Positions 8,254 to 17,636 are shown, counted from the first letter of the stretch. The stretch is 26,335 bases of DNA from an uncultured archaeon (GCA_964407715.1 CAYOWP010000013.1:1-26335); one strand, 5' to 3'. A program made the numbers and translations. The notes: a model not told the origin generated them from the sequence alone.

Positions 8254-9063
8254 TTAATTGATTAAATCATCAAATTTGAATTCACTTGATGAAGTATCGC
8301 TTTCCTCTTCCTTTTCCTTTTTATTTTTTTTAGTTTCTTCTTCTTTTTTTAAAGAGAGAACAAAACTTTCTTCTTCACCAGATTTCTCTGAGATCATCTC
8401 CTCAACTTTTCTTAAATCATCAATGATATTTGGAACAGTGTCTTTAAATGCGCTCTCTAATGCGTTTATTTTTGGCTCTAATTGATTTATTCTCTCATCT
8501 AAAGATGCAATTGTTTTTTCTATGTTCTCTAATTTCTCATTTATTTGAGAGCTTAAATTATCTGTAAATTCCTTAAGTTTCTTATCCATATTTTCTATAT
8601 TTACTTTTAATTCATTTAACTCCTTTATATCCTTTTTTAGATTTCCATACTTCTTTTCTATTATTAAATCCACAAGCTCTTCCATTTCTATTAGCACCTT
8701 TTCCAATATCGTATTTACCAAGGATTGAACATCTAATTGATGCGAGATGTTTTGATTTGATTGCTGAGGAGGTTGTTGCAACTCTGCTTTTTGATGCGTC
8801 TTTGGAGGGCTAAGAGGAAATGATGCAGGTGGTGGAGGAGGAGAAAATCTTGTAGATAAGGTTGCGGATTTTATTAAATCATTAAGTATAGAATCTATTT
8901 GCTCATAAGACAATCCATGAGATTTAAGATATGCTGCAACTTCATTTTCTGTCTTTCCTGATTTTAAAAGCCTATATGCAATTTCCCTATATTTTTCCAA
9001 ATTCTTCACATGTTGTTGAGAATCCTTATTCTTTGAGGATGAAAATATTGAAAATTTGACCAT
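8254..9063 (-). CDS. Hypothetical protein: small helical N-domain, Pro/Gln-rich linker, long coiled coil
   Basis: 269-aa ORF with PPPPP linker, heptad-like C-terminal half and acidic tail; co-oriented with rnj. Confidence 0.75.
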   Translation of the reverse strand: MVKFSIFSSSKNKDSQQHVKNLEKYREIAYRLLKSGKTENEVAAYLKSHGLSYEQIDSILNDLIKSATLSTRFSPPPPPASFPLSPPKTHQKAELQQPPQQSNQNISHQLDVQSLVNTILEKVLIEMEELVDLIIEKKYGNLKKDIKELNELKVNIENMDKKLKEFTDNLSSQINEKLENIEKTIASLDERINQLEPKINALESAFKDTVPNIIDDLRKVEEMISEKSGEEESFVLSLKKEEETKKNKKEKEEESDTSSSEFKFDDLIN

Positions 9064-9098
9064 AATTATTTAAGTATTTAAAACATTTAAATTATTTT

Positions 9099-9422
9099 AT
9101 GAATGATAACCGAAAAAGGTTTCCAAAACCGAAATGGCAAATACGAATTGCTGAGAAAAGAATTTCTATGTTGTTCTCATTGGCAGAAAAGGCTGCATTA
9201 AAAGGCGAGAAAGAATTAGCAAGGAGATATGTATCTCTTGCAAGAAGGATAGCAGAGAAGGTTAATCTTAGAGTTGGAAGAAGATATGGGAAGAAGTTCT
9301 GTAGGAGATGCAACACCTTTTTTACATCAGACACATTAAAGGTTAGAGTAGATAAAAACACAAAATCAATACTTTATATATGCAAGGAATGTGGATATAT
9401 TAGGAGATATCCATACAAGTAA
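9099..9422 (+). CDS. rnp4: Ribonuclease P protein component 4 (Rpp21)
   Basis: 'IAEKRISMLFSLA...LARRYVSLARRIA' plus zinc ribbon CRRC...CKECG and RRYPY. Confidence 0.93.
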   Translation: MNDNRKRFPKPKWQIRIAEKRISMLFSLAEKAALKGEKELARRYVSLARRIAEKVNLRVGRRYGKKFCRRCNTFFTSDTLKVRVDKNTKSILYICKECGYIRRYPYK

Positions 9423-9428
9423 TGGATA

Positions 9429-9956
9429 TTATGATGTTTGTGGTGGAGTTATGCTATAGCTCTCAAGAAGTTCCTTTAATCTCCTGTTAAATTCCATTAC
9501 CAATATTCTGCTCTCTTCTTTATACTGAAAAATTTTCTTTTCATAAAATACAACATGCCATATTCTTCGCAGAATTTCGTAAAGAATTGTTTGCTGAAAT
9601 ATGTTGTCTTGAGGATATTCTGTGAAAAAACGAGGCTTCATTGCTATCGAAATTGTACCATAGCCGCTCTTATCTATCTTTCCAGCTATATTTATATCGA
9701 ATCTCAGATATGAATATATATCGAATTCCTTTATAACTCTCCACCCAACTTTGAATTTAATATTCCCTTCTTTTGTTTCCCAATCAGATACCATTTCCAT
9801 TATATGGCTTTCAGGAACAGAAAAAATCTCTTGTAATAGGTGATAAATTTCTATACATATCTTAGATGGAATTCTACCAGACCACATTAAATATAGGTTC
9901 CTTCTTGGCTCAAAGATATAATCCCTTATTACCATCCTAGACTTTGCCCATACCAT
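9429..9956 (-). CDS. Hypothetical protein
   Basis: 175-aa ORF filling the space between genes; no motif recognised. Confidence 0.7.
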   Translation of the reverse strand: MVWAKSRMVIRDYIFEPRRNLYLMWSGRIPSKICIEIYHLLQEIFSVPESHIMEMVSDWETKEGNIKFKVGWRVIKEFDIYSYLRFDINIAGKIDKSGYGTISIAMKPRFFTEYPQDNIFQQTILYEILRRIWHVVFYEKKIFQYKEESRILVMEFNRRLKELLESYSITPPQTS

Positions 9957-10000
9957 TCTCTCACAAAATTAATATATTATTAACATCTTAATATAATTTT

Positions 10001-10342
10001 ATGGTGGAAAATGTATTTTCTTTTTTAGGAATAATAATGTTTTTTATAGGAGTCAGTATGTTTTTGTTGAGTTTTAGATTGGCTCTTTCCTCTTCAGCCA
10101 TGACACTATCTCTTATAATAAGCATTTTGCTTATCTCAAGTGGGATATACTTAATATTTATTTCTCTACCGTGGTATGTCATACTCAGAAAATTTGTGGG
10201 ATTAATAATATTCATTTTTGGATATTTTATGGTGTTTATATACCCAGGAGAAAGCGATTATCAGCCACCAGGATATACCATGTTAGGTGTGATTGGAGGA
10301 ATATTGTTCCTCATAATAGGAATATATCTTCTTATATTTTAA
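10001..10342 (+). CDS. Hypothetical four-TM membrane protein
   Basis: Highly hydrophobic 113-aa ORF with a short loop PGESDYQPPG. Confidence 0.7.
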   Translation: MVENVFSFLGIIMFFIGVSMFLLSFRLALSSSAMTLSLIISILLISSGIYLIFISLPWYVILRKFVGLIIFIFGYFMVFIYPGESDYQPPGYTMLGVIGGILFLIIGIYLLIF

Positions 10343-10362
10343 GTTTAGAGGGTATAGAAATC

Positions 10363-10857
10363 ATGAAAAAAAGAATTTGTCTTGTAAATGAATTGGGAGA
10401 AATAATAGGATATGAAAATCACGAGGTAGTCCATGATCCTAATTTTCCAAAGATGCATTTATCTGTTGCAGTTTTAGTAATATTAGAACCAGGTGATAAG
10501 ATAGGATTAAAAAAGATGAATATGAATGAGGAATATCCAATGCTATATGATTTTGCATATCATGATCATGTATATGAGAGCGAGCTAATAGATGAAAAAA
10601 TAAAAAATGTGATTAAGAATTTTTGTGAGAAATGCAGGGCTGAGATTTCTGACTACATATATTTTTATCAGTATAAAAAAATAAATGCAGAATATGAATT
10701 TTGCAAGGTAATATCTATTTTTTCACAAAAAGAAATAAAAAAAGAAACTCTCCATTATATCTCTTTGAAGAATCTAAAAAATAGGGATTTGTTTACTCCG
10801 AGGGTTTATGGATTTATAAAATATCATCTTCCACATATAATAAATAGATTGGGTTAG
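10363..10857 (+). CDS. Degenerate Nudix / type 1 isopentenyl-diphosphate isomerase-like protein (start moved from 10171 to ATG 10363)
   Basis: 'ICLVNELGEIIG...VVH...MHLSVAVLVI...YPMLYD...H...EYEFCKV...FTP' follows the IDI-1 layout. The longer track ORF overlaps the upstream membrane gene. Confidence 0.65.
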   Translation: MKKRICLVNELGEIIGYENHEVVHDPNFPKMHLSVAVLVILEPGDKIGLKKMNMNEEYPMLYDFAYHDHVYESELIDEKIKNVIKNFCEKCRAEISDYIYFYQYKKINAEYEFCKVISIFSQKEIKKETLHYISLKNLKNRDLFTPRVYGFIKYHLPHIINRLG

Positions 10858-10860
10858 TGA

Positions 10861-11283
10861 TTATATGGGTTTCACAGAATTTCTTGCTCCACATGCCTCA
10901 CATTTTATGAACATAACTCTATTTTCTTTTATAAGTATTGTATCTGGCTTTGAGCAAATAGGGCATAGAACATAATTTTTGACGAATCTATTAAATTTCT
11001 CATTAATTACCTTGTTTGAGAATTTTCCTAAGAGCACAAGATTTTCACCATCAATATAGCCCTGGGTACCTATTTCCTTAAAAAGATATTTTGCAACCAT
11101 CTTTTCATCTCTTCTTATATATTTGCATGATGAGACAAAATTTTTAATGATTGTTCTATTACCTATAATTGTAGAATTAAGTACTGGAATTTCCCATCTT
11201 TCACTATCCTCAAATACTTTCTCTGGTAATGATTTATATGCTTTTTCTAAGAGTTCTTCATAATTATATCTATTTTTTGCCAT
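10861..11283 (-). CDS. eif2b: Translation initiation factor 2 subunit beta (aIF2-beta)
   Basis: 'YEELLEKAY...ERWEIP...GNRTIIKNF...YVLCPICSKPDT...CEACGA'. Confidence 0.95.
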   Translation of the reverse strand: MAKNRYNYEELLEKAYKSLPEKVFEDSERWEIPVLNSTIIGNRTIIKNFVSSCKYIRRDEKMVAKYLFKEIGTQGYIDGENLVLLGKFSNKVINEKFNRFVKNYVLCPICSKPDTILIKENRVMFIKCEACGARNSVKPI

Positions 11284-11342
11284 AGTTATATTGAGATTCT
11301 CATAAATTTTTAAAATTTTTATTATATTATTAAATTTTAGGA

Positions 11343-11367
11343 CTAAACCAGCAAAGTGCTGGTTTAG
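11343..11367 (+). promoter_or_regulatory. Perfect 11-bp stem-loop in the rps15 leader
   Basis: CTAAACCAGCA-AAG-TGCTGGTTTAG, ending 7 nt before the GGTGAT SD of rps15. Confidence 0.6.
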
Positions 11368-11384
11368 ATCTAAGGGTGATAAAC

Positions 11385-11786
11385 ATGGATGACTTGAAAT
11401 GGGTTGAGTATAGCAAGGAGGAAGTTGAAAAATTAGTAGTAAAACTTAGGAAAGAGGGATATCAAGCTGCGATGATAGGTCTTATTTTGAGGGATCAATA
11501 TGGGATTCCTTCAGTAAAGAAGATAACTGGCAAGACCATAACTAAGATACTGGAAGAGCATGGATTGGCAAGCGAGATACCAGAGGATCTATACAACTTA
11601 ATAAAAAGAGCAGTGAGGGTTGCGAATCATTTAGAAAAACATAAAAAGGATAAGCATTCTGCGAGAGGATTGCAAATCTTGGAGAGTAAAATTAGAAGAT
11701 TAGCAGAATATTATAAAATACAAGGTAAATTACCTAAGGACTGGAAATACAGCAGGGAATTAGCAAAATTGATTGTAAAAGAATAG
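11385..11786 (+). CDS. rps15: 30S ribosomal protein S15 (uS15, S15P/S13e); likely start ATG 11385
   Basis: '[15 protein letters not shown]', '[13 protein letters not shown]...[30 protein letters not shown]'. The GGTGAT at 11375-11380 looks like an SD, so the track's GTG at 11376 is probably not the start. Confidence 0.95.
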   Translation: MDDLKWVEYSKEEVEKLVVKLRKEGYQAAMIGLILRDQYGIPSVKKITGKTITKILEEHGLASEIPEDLYNLIKRAVRVANHLEKHKKDKHSARGLQILESKIRRLAEYYKIQGKLPKDWKYSRELAKLIVKE

Positions 11787-11817
11787 CATATTTTCTTCTT
11801 ATTTTTTATTTGTATAA

Positions 11818-11892
11818 GGGGTCGTAGGGTAGCTTGGTCCATCCTTCCGGCCTTGGGAGCCGGGGACCCCGGTTCAAATCCGGGCGACCCCA
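11818..11892 (+). tRNA. tRNA-Pro (anticodon UGG), no encoded CCA
   Basis: Acceptor GGGGTCG/CGACCCC-A; anticodon arm CCGGC-CT-TGG-GA-GCCGG; T arm CCCGG-TTCAAAT-CCGGG. Confidence 0.97.
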
Positions 11893-11896
11893 TTCT

Positions 11897-13048
11897 CTAT
11901 TGAGATATAAGAATATGGATATGCTCTCCATATTTTTTTAGGAGTTCTTCTTTTGAACCGCTTTTCATATGTTTTATATCCTCTATCAATACATCCAATG
12001 GGATTTTTATCATAAAATGAGGTTTACATTTTTTTGGATCTATATAAGTTGGAGAATGAGCATTCATATCTACTTTTAATACAACCTCTATATTTCTTTC
12101 TTTAAATAGACGCAGAATATTATCTGTAACAACACCAGAAAGATATTTGAAAAATGAGGAAACATCAGTATTTCTTACTCTGAATATGATTGGAACTATA
12201 TAATATTTATTCTCAAATTTTACTTGTTTATATCTTGTTTTGGCATTTTGAAGTATAGAATAATACAAATCTTTTATATTTTTTGAGATTAAACTTTTTA
12301 TGTTTTTTTGTTTATTGAAATATATTTCTTGAGGAATTACAATTGAATAAATGATATAATCATAAGGGAATCTGCTAAGCGCTATCAGGTTTTCTGTTAG
12401 ACGCTTTGGGTTTATATGTAAATTTCCTGTTTTGCTTTCTCCAACTACAAGTACACTTACCTTGCTATTTCTATATTCATAACTGATTTGAAATACAAAA
12501 TCAAATTCTCCTTTGGTTATGATATTCCCTGAAGGTTTATTATATATAAGGAGATAATTGCTATGATTTAGGGCATTGATTCTCTTTTGGAGAACATATC
12601 TTTTTGATACAATTTGTTCAACAATAGAGACATCATATGATTTCAAATATTTTCTTGAATACTCTTCCATATATTCAGGAAGAATGTTCTTAAATATTCT
12701 TATAGTGCCTATCTCTGCATAAATCTCTCCAAGTCTCCCTCTTATGAAATCTGATAGCGTATACATTCCTTCTCCATCTCTCTTTAATATCTTATTAATA
12801 TTTTGAAAATTTTCTATTTTTCTATATATTATCCTGTTATTGATATCCTTTAATGATGCCAAGTCGATTATTTCTCTTGTTGATGAGATCTCGGATGAGC
12901 CATTATATCCAACAATAACCTCTAAAGTGAGAAGATTTCCAGTGAGAGCATAGGAAGGCTCTATATATGGAAGCTTTTTTTGAGTTATATTTCCTTCAGA
13001 GTTTTTTATCAAGGAGTATTCCTCAAAGATAAAAGGTTTTTTCCGCAT
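11897..13048 (-). CDS. Hypothetical protein with putative PD-(D/E)XK nuclease motifs
   Basis: 'GRLGEIYAE' (motif I-like), 'GEFDFVF' (motif II), 'VVGESKTG' (ExK motif III). Confidence 0.6.
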   Translation of the reverse strand: MRKKPFIFEEYSLIKNSEGNITQKKLPYIEPSYALTGNLLTLEVIVGYNGSSEISSTREIIDLASLKDINNRIIYRKIENFQNINKILKRDGEGMYTLSDFIRGRLGEIYAEIGTIRIFKNILPEYMEEYSRKYLKSYDVSIVEQIVSKRYVLQKRINALNHSNYLLIYNKPSGNIITKGEFDFVFQISYEYRNSKVSVLVVGESKTGNLHINPKRLTENLIALSRFPYDYIIYSIVIPQEIYFNKQKNIKSLISKNIKDLYYSILQNAKTRYKQVKFENKYYIVPIIFRVRNTDVSSFFKYLSGVVTDNILRLFKERNIEVVLKVDMNAHSPTYIDPKKCKPHFMIKIPLDVLIEDIKHMKSGSKEELLKKYGEHIHILISQ

Positions 13049-13086
13049 AAAATTATTTAAAACACAATCTTTAAAAATTTAACTCT

Positions 13087-14097
13087 ATGGTGTATGTGAA
13101 TTTAAAAATGAACTCTATAAATTATGAAGAATTCACAATCATTGATAAAGAATACTTAAAAAAGAAAAATCTTTATGGTAAAGATCCTTTGGAGAGGGAT
13201 TTTAGTGAGGTATTGGATAAAGGAGTTATTATTTTGGATAAACCTTCTGATGTAACTTCTCAGGATTTGGTGATTCATATAAAGAGAGCATTAAATATAA
13301 ATAAGGCATCTCATGTAGGCACATTGGATCCAAAGGTTACTGGAATTTTACCTATCTTGCTAAATAGAGCAGTTAAGCTAAATCACTATCTTTCAAAACA
13401 AGATAAGGAATACGTTGTTTTGATGAACATACACAAAGAGATGGAAGAAGATAAAATAATCTCTATATTGAAGGGTTTTGAGGGAGAAATTAATCAATTA
13501 CCTCCAAGAAAATCAGCAGTTAAAAGAAAGGTTAGAAAAAGAAAGATTTATGCCATAGAGATATTGGAAATAGACTCGAATAGATATGTATTATTTAAGG
13601 CTAAGGTGCAAGCAGGGACGTATATCAGAGCATTATGTAGGGATTTTGGGAGAATAAGCGGTGTGGGAGCCCATATGCAAGAATTAAGAAGAACAGAGAG
13701 TTTAGGATTTAATGAGAAGGAAGCAATAAATTTTTATGATTTTTATGAGAGGGCATATCTTTATTCCACATTTAATAAATATGAACCTTTACGAGATATA
13801 ATAATTCCAGTTGAGGAAGTTATCTTCAGAAACTTTAAACCAGTATATGTCAAAGATGAGGCTGCATCATCAATAGTATATGGAGCAAAATTGTTTCCAA
13901 GAGGAATTATAATGCATCATAATAGAATAAAAAAAGGAGAGATTGTTGGAGTTTTTACATTAAAAAAAGAATTGATAGGATTGATGAAAACCACTATTGA
14001 TTTCAATAATTTAAACTTCTCATCCAAGAAACCTGTTGCTATACCTGAAAGGATATTTATAACGCCTAAGGAGATGCCAAGATTGTGGAAGAAGTGA
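13087..14097 (+). CDS. cbf5: H/ACA RNA-guided pseudouridine synthase Cbf5 (archaeal TruB family)
   Basis: 'ILDKPSDVTS', catalytic 'HVGTLDPKVTG', 'QLPPRKSAVKR', 'AGTYIRALC', 'GAHMQELRRT', C-terminal PUA domain. Confidence 0.95.
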   Translation: MVYVNLKMNSINYEEFTIIDKEYLKKKNLYGKDPLERDFSEVLDKGVIILDKPSDVTSQDLVIHIKRALNINKASHVGTLDPKVTGILPILLNRAVKLNHYLSKQDKEYVVLMNIHKEMEEDKIISILKGFEGEINQLPPRKSAVKRKVRKRKIYAIEILEIDSNRYVLFKAKVQAGTYIRALCRDFGRISGVGAHMQELRRTESLGFNEKEAINFYDFYERAYLYSTFNKYEPLRDIIIPVEEVIFRNFKPVYVKDEAASSIVYGAKLFPRGIIMHHNRIKKGEIVGVFTLKKELIGLMKTTIDFNNLNFSSKKPVAIPERIFITPKEMPRLWKK

Positions 14098-14100
14098 AAA

Positions 14101-15555
14101 TCACTCATTTAAAAGAACCTTTACTGTTCTTGCAAATGCTGGACGTGTGATAAATACTCCAATCAATACACCAACAATAGTAGTAAAAGCAAAGCCTTTT
14201 ACATTTGCAAATGAGCTCATTAGCAAAGGCGTCATTGCTCCTATGGTAGTGGCTGCTGATGAGAAAATTATAAAGAATGCTCTCTTAAGTTTTAATCTTA
14301 AACTTTCTTTTTCTCTTTTCTTCTTAGCCTCATCAATCACAACGATTTGATCATCAATTCCAGTACCAATAGCAGCAACAATACCTGCTATTGCCGCTAA
14401 ATCAATTGTCCAAGATACCAAAGCTGCAAAGCCCAAGATTGCTGTGACCTCTGTAATTGATGTAAGAATCATGGGGATAACAATTCTCGGATCCTTATAA
14501 ACAATGAATATCACTAAGGAAACAAAAATCAGAGCAAAAACAATAGCATAAATTGAAATCTTCAAGAAGTCTCCTCCTAAGGTTGGAGATATCTCTTGTA
14601 TCTCCACTATTTTAACACCTACAGGAAAACTGCCTGATTGAAGGATTGCAGTTAATCTTCTCATATTTTCAATTGCTTCTTCTTTTGTTTTACCTCCACC
14701 TGTTATTTGCGGATTAGTTGTTGCTACTCCTTTTAAATCTGCATCTATATAGAGTTTATCTACTATATTATCATCTAACACAAAAACTATTTGCTCATTT
14801 AGATGCTCTCCAATAGGCACCATATCATCTGTAAGTATTTTCATATTCTCTGCTGCTTTTTGAGAAATTGTAACTGTGAATCCATACCTATATCCTCCTT
14901 CGGCTCTCACTATAGAGGAATAGGAAGCTCCTGTTAATACGCTTTTTATGTCCTCTCCAGAAAAAGCCTCTATCCATAGTGTTACTTCATCTTGTGTCTT
15001 ATTTATGTATCTTATATTAAAATCCTCTACTTTAAATGTCTCATTCACATGTATTGTTTGATTTTTATATATTATGGTGTTATTTTCACCATTATTCAAT
15101 GTGAATATCTTTCGTTTCAATCTAAAGGAATAAGTATTGTTTGATGATTTTTTCGCTTTTCTCTCAATATATGCCTTAAACACTCCCTGCTTCTCTATAA
15201 GTTGTTTTAAATCTTCCTCTGTTGCTCCTGCCAATGATAAATCGATATAATATTCACCATTTATCTCTACAAGAGAGGATTTGGATTCCTTGAGTCCAAA
15301 GGTTGATATTCTGTTAAGCAATATCTGCATAATTTTTTGAGCATTTTCATATGTGGGTATGTCTGGTTTTATTATGGCAGTTACTCCTCCCTCTAAATCA
15401 ATACCTTTCTTTATGTTTGTGTGTAATGTAAAGGTACCTTTTTCAGAGATTGAGAGAGAAGGTCGAATGAAGATTATGGATAGTAATATTACCATGAAAA
15501 CCAAGATGATTCTATAATCCTTTATTAAAATTTTTATTTTATCTTCCAATTCCAT
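14101..15555 (-). CDS. secD: Preprotein translocase subunit SecD
   Basis: 'KKGIDLEGG', 'ISPTLG', 'IDLAAIAGIVAAIGTGIDDQIVVIDE', 'GFAFTTIVGVLIGVFITRPAF'. Confidence 0.95.
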   Translation of the reverse strand: MELEDKIKILIKDYRIILVFMVILLSIIFIRPSLSISEKGTFTLHTNIKKGIDLEGGVTAIIKPDIPTYENAQKIMQILLNRISTFGLKESKSSLVEINGEYYIDLSLAGATEEDLKQLIEKQGVFKAYIERKAKKSSNNTYSFRLKRKIFTLNNGENNTIIYKNQTIHVNETFKVEDFNIRYINKTQDEVTLWIEAFSGEDIKSVLTGASYSSIVRAEGGYRYGFTVTISQKAAENMKILTDDMVPIGEHLNEQIVFVLDDNIVDKLYIDADLKGVATTNPQITGGGKTKEEAIENMRRLTAILQSGSFPVGVKIVEIQEISPTLGGDFLKISIYAIVFALIFVSLVIFIVYKDPRIVIPMILTSITEVTAILGFAALVSWTIDLAAIAGIVAAIGTGIDDQIVVIDEAKKKREKESLRLKLKRAFFIIFSSAATTIGAMTPLLMSSFANVKGFAFTTIVGVLIGVFITRPAFARTVKVLLNE

Positions 15556-15559
15556 TTAA

Positions 15560-16429
15560 TCACCTATTTATTTTATTCAAATAGATCCTTAAAATGGAGG
15601 CATTTTGGAACCATGTAAATATGATATCAGCAAATAAACCTGCTAAAATAACCATCGCTATTCTATCTAAGGTAACAGAAGTTGAAAATAAGATAAGCGA
15701 TATCATCGCAACCATAGATGTTAAAGTCATTGTTAGCCCTGTTTTTGATGAATGAACTAAAGCATCTTTGATATTTGTTGGTCTTTCTTTTAGAGTACGT
15801 GTAGTGAGCAATATGTCAGTGTCTATTGAATATCCCATTAATATTAAGAGAGAAGACAATGTACCCATTGTTAGAGGGATATTGAGGAGATTCATGACAA
15901 CAATTGCAAAAAGTATATCACTAATCCCAGCAAGTATTATTGCCATGCTTGGAACAAAGGATCTAAATATAACAAATACAACTATTGTGACAATAGAATA
16001 GGAGATAATCAATAGCTTAACTGCATTTTTCCAGAATGTCTCTGCCATTGATGACTGTACAGTTCTCTTCGATAGAACCTTAGCTTTCATTTCTTTAAAT
16101 ATCTCAGCATTTATCTCTGATGGATATTCAACATACAATAACTTTTCTGATTCTACATTTCTTATGCTTATTCCAGGATATTCCTTTTCTAATGTCTTTA
16201 TTATCTCATTTACAGAATCCACATCATCATATTTTACAACATATTGATATCCTCCAGCAAAATCAACTCCTCTCTTGATTATATCTCCTGTTGTATAGTA
16301 CTGATAAAATAAGAAACATAGCATTGCTATTATAATGGTGGTGGAGATTATGATGTTAATTTTATAGAGCTCAAAAAATTTATTTGCGAGTTTTTCATAA
16401 CACTCTACAAATTTTTTTCTTACACTCAT
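15560..16429 (-). CDS. secF: Preprotein translocase subunit SecF
   Basis: 'RGVDFAGG', 'FRSFVPS', 'LMGYSIDTDILLTTR', 'TGLTMTLT', 'DIIFTWFQNA'. Confidence 0.95.
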   Translation of the reverse strand: MSVRKKFVECYEKLANKFFELYKINIIISTTIIIAMLCFLFYQYYTTGDIIKRGVDFAGGYQYVVKYDDVDSVNEIIKTLEKEYPGISIRNVESEKLLYVEYPSEINAEIFKEMKAKVLSKRTVQSSMAETFWKNAVKLLIISYSIVTIVVFVIFRSFVPSMAIILAGISDILFAIVVMNLLNIPLTMGTLSSLLILMGYSIDTDILLTTRTLKERPTNIKDALVHSSKTGLTMTLTSMVAMISLILFSTSVTLDRIAMVILAGLFADIIFTWFQNASILRIYLNKINR

Positions 16430-16484
16430 AAGTTAATATTTTAGAGCATTTATTTAAAAAATTACAAGTAAAATTGGGATAGCA

Positions 16485-17222
16485 TCATAAAGATGTGGCT
16501 GAGCATAGATCTCTAAAAGTAATGGCATTCTTTGGTGCATAGGCATTAAAATCATTATTAAAGTAAACATAAACCTCTTCAAAATCTTCAGAATTTATTT
16601 TCCTTAATACCTCTCTTAGATATTCTTCGCTATAATCATCTTTATACCATCCTGATATTCCATGAAACCTAACATATCCAATGTGAGATGTGCAAATAAC
16701 ATCATCTGGCAATCCTTTTGCACTTACACTAGTAAATATTAGGTTTGAATCTCTAAGCTTTTCATATACCTTTTCGTTCCACCATGATATATGCCTAAAT
16801 TCGATAGCATTCACAAACTTCATGTATGGAGATAGAGCATCTATTATTCTTCTTAAAAACTCCTCATTATACTTTATGGAAGGAGGTAGTTGAATAAGAA
16901 CAGCACCTAACTTTTCTTTAAGTACAGATATTTCCTCATAAAACTTTTCCAATTCCTTTTCTATATTTCTGAACTTTCTTATATGCGTAATTTCTTTATT
17001 CATCTTAACCGAGAACAAAAATCCCTCTTTTGCTGATTTATACATCCTTTTCATTGTACTTTCTTTTGGAAATCTATAAAATGTTGAGTTTATCTCGACA
17101 GTATCAAATACTGATTGATAATATTTAAAGAAATCACTTGGTTTTGCATCTTCAGGATAGAATCTTCCTTTCCAATGAAAATAGAAAAATCCTGAACATC
17201 CTATGTGAAATTTTCTTACCAT
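16485..17222 (-). CDS. DUF72 (YecE-like) family protein
   Basis: 'IGCSGF...W...FYP', 'FDTVEINSTFYRFP', 'LIQLPPS', 'AIEFRHISW', 'YVRFHG', 'YVYFNND'. Confidence 0.92.
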   Translation of the reverse strand: MVRKFHIGCSGFFYFHWKGRFYPEDAKPSDFFKYYQSVFDTVEINSTFYRFPKESTMKRMYKSAKEGFLFSVKMNKEITHIRKFRNIEKELEKFYEEISVLKEKLGAVLIQLPPSIKYNEEFLRRIIDALSPYMKFVNAIEFRHISWWNEKVYEKLRDSNLIFTSVSAKGLPDDVICTSHIGYVRFHGISGWYKDDYSEEYLREVLRKINSEDFEEVYVYFNNDFNAYAPKNAITFRDLCSATSL

Positions 17223-17304
17223 ATTAAAATATATATTTTAAATTTTTCCAAATATATATTTATGAATATTCATCTCCAAATTTAATTGGATAAGGTGATA
17301 AGGA

Positions 17305-17631
17305 ATGGTACATGGTATAATAGGGATTGAGAAAGATTCATTAGTAGAATTAATTCTTCATGAAAAACCACTTATGATATTGTTAGGTTTAAAATATTCA
17401 GGAGGTAAGGCATATCCTGCTATGCTATCAAAATATGCTGATTGCACATACTCACATACTGTGAAAATACTTAATGTCTTAAAAGAAAATGGTCTTATCA
17501 ATTTCGAAAAAGACGGGAGAATAAAATATGCAATCCTAACAGAGAGAGGAGAGGAGGTTGCTTTTCTTTTGGATCAGATTTATCAGAAACTAACGAAGAT
17601 ATCAAGAGAGATAAAAAGAAATCAGGAATAA
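17305..17631 (+). CDS. Winged-helix (MarR-like) DNA-binding protein
   Basis: 'LSKYADCTYSHTVKILNVLKENGLINFEKDGRIKYAILTERG'; AGGTGAT SD upstream. Confidence 0.85.
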   Translation: MVHGIIGIEKDSLVELILHEKPLMILLGLKYSGGKAYPAMLSKYADCTYSHTVKILNVLKENGLINFEKDGRIKYAILTERGEEVAFLLDQIYQKLTKISREIKRNQE

Positions 17632-17636
17632 TGAGA

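Noticed and set aside
11711-11893. 60-aa ORF; likewise 17498-17689
   Set aside because: These are translations across the tRNA-Pro and tRNA-Val genes.
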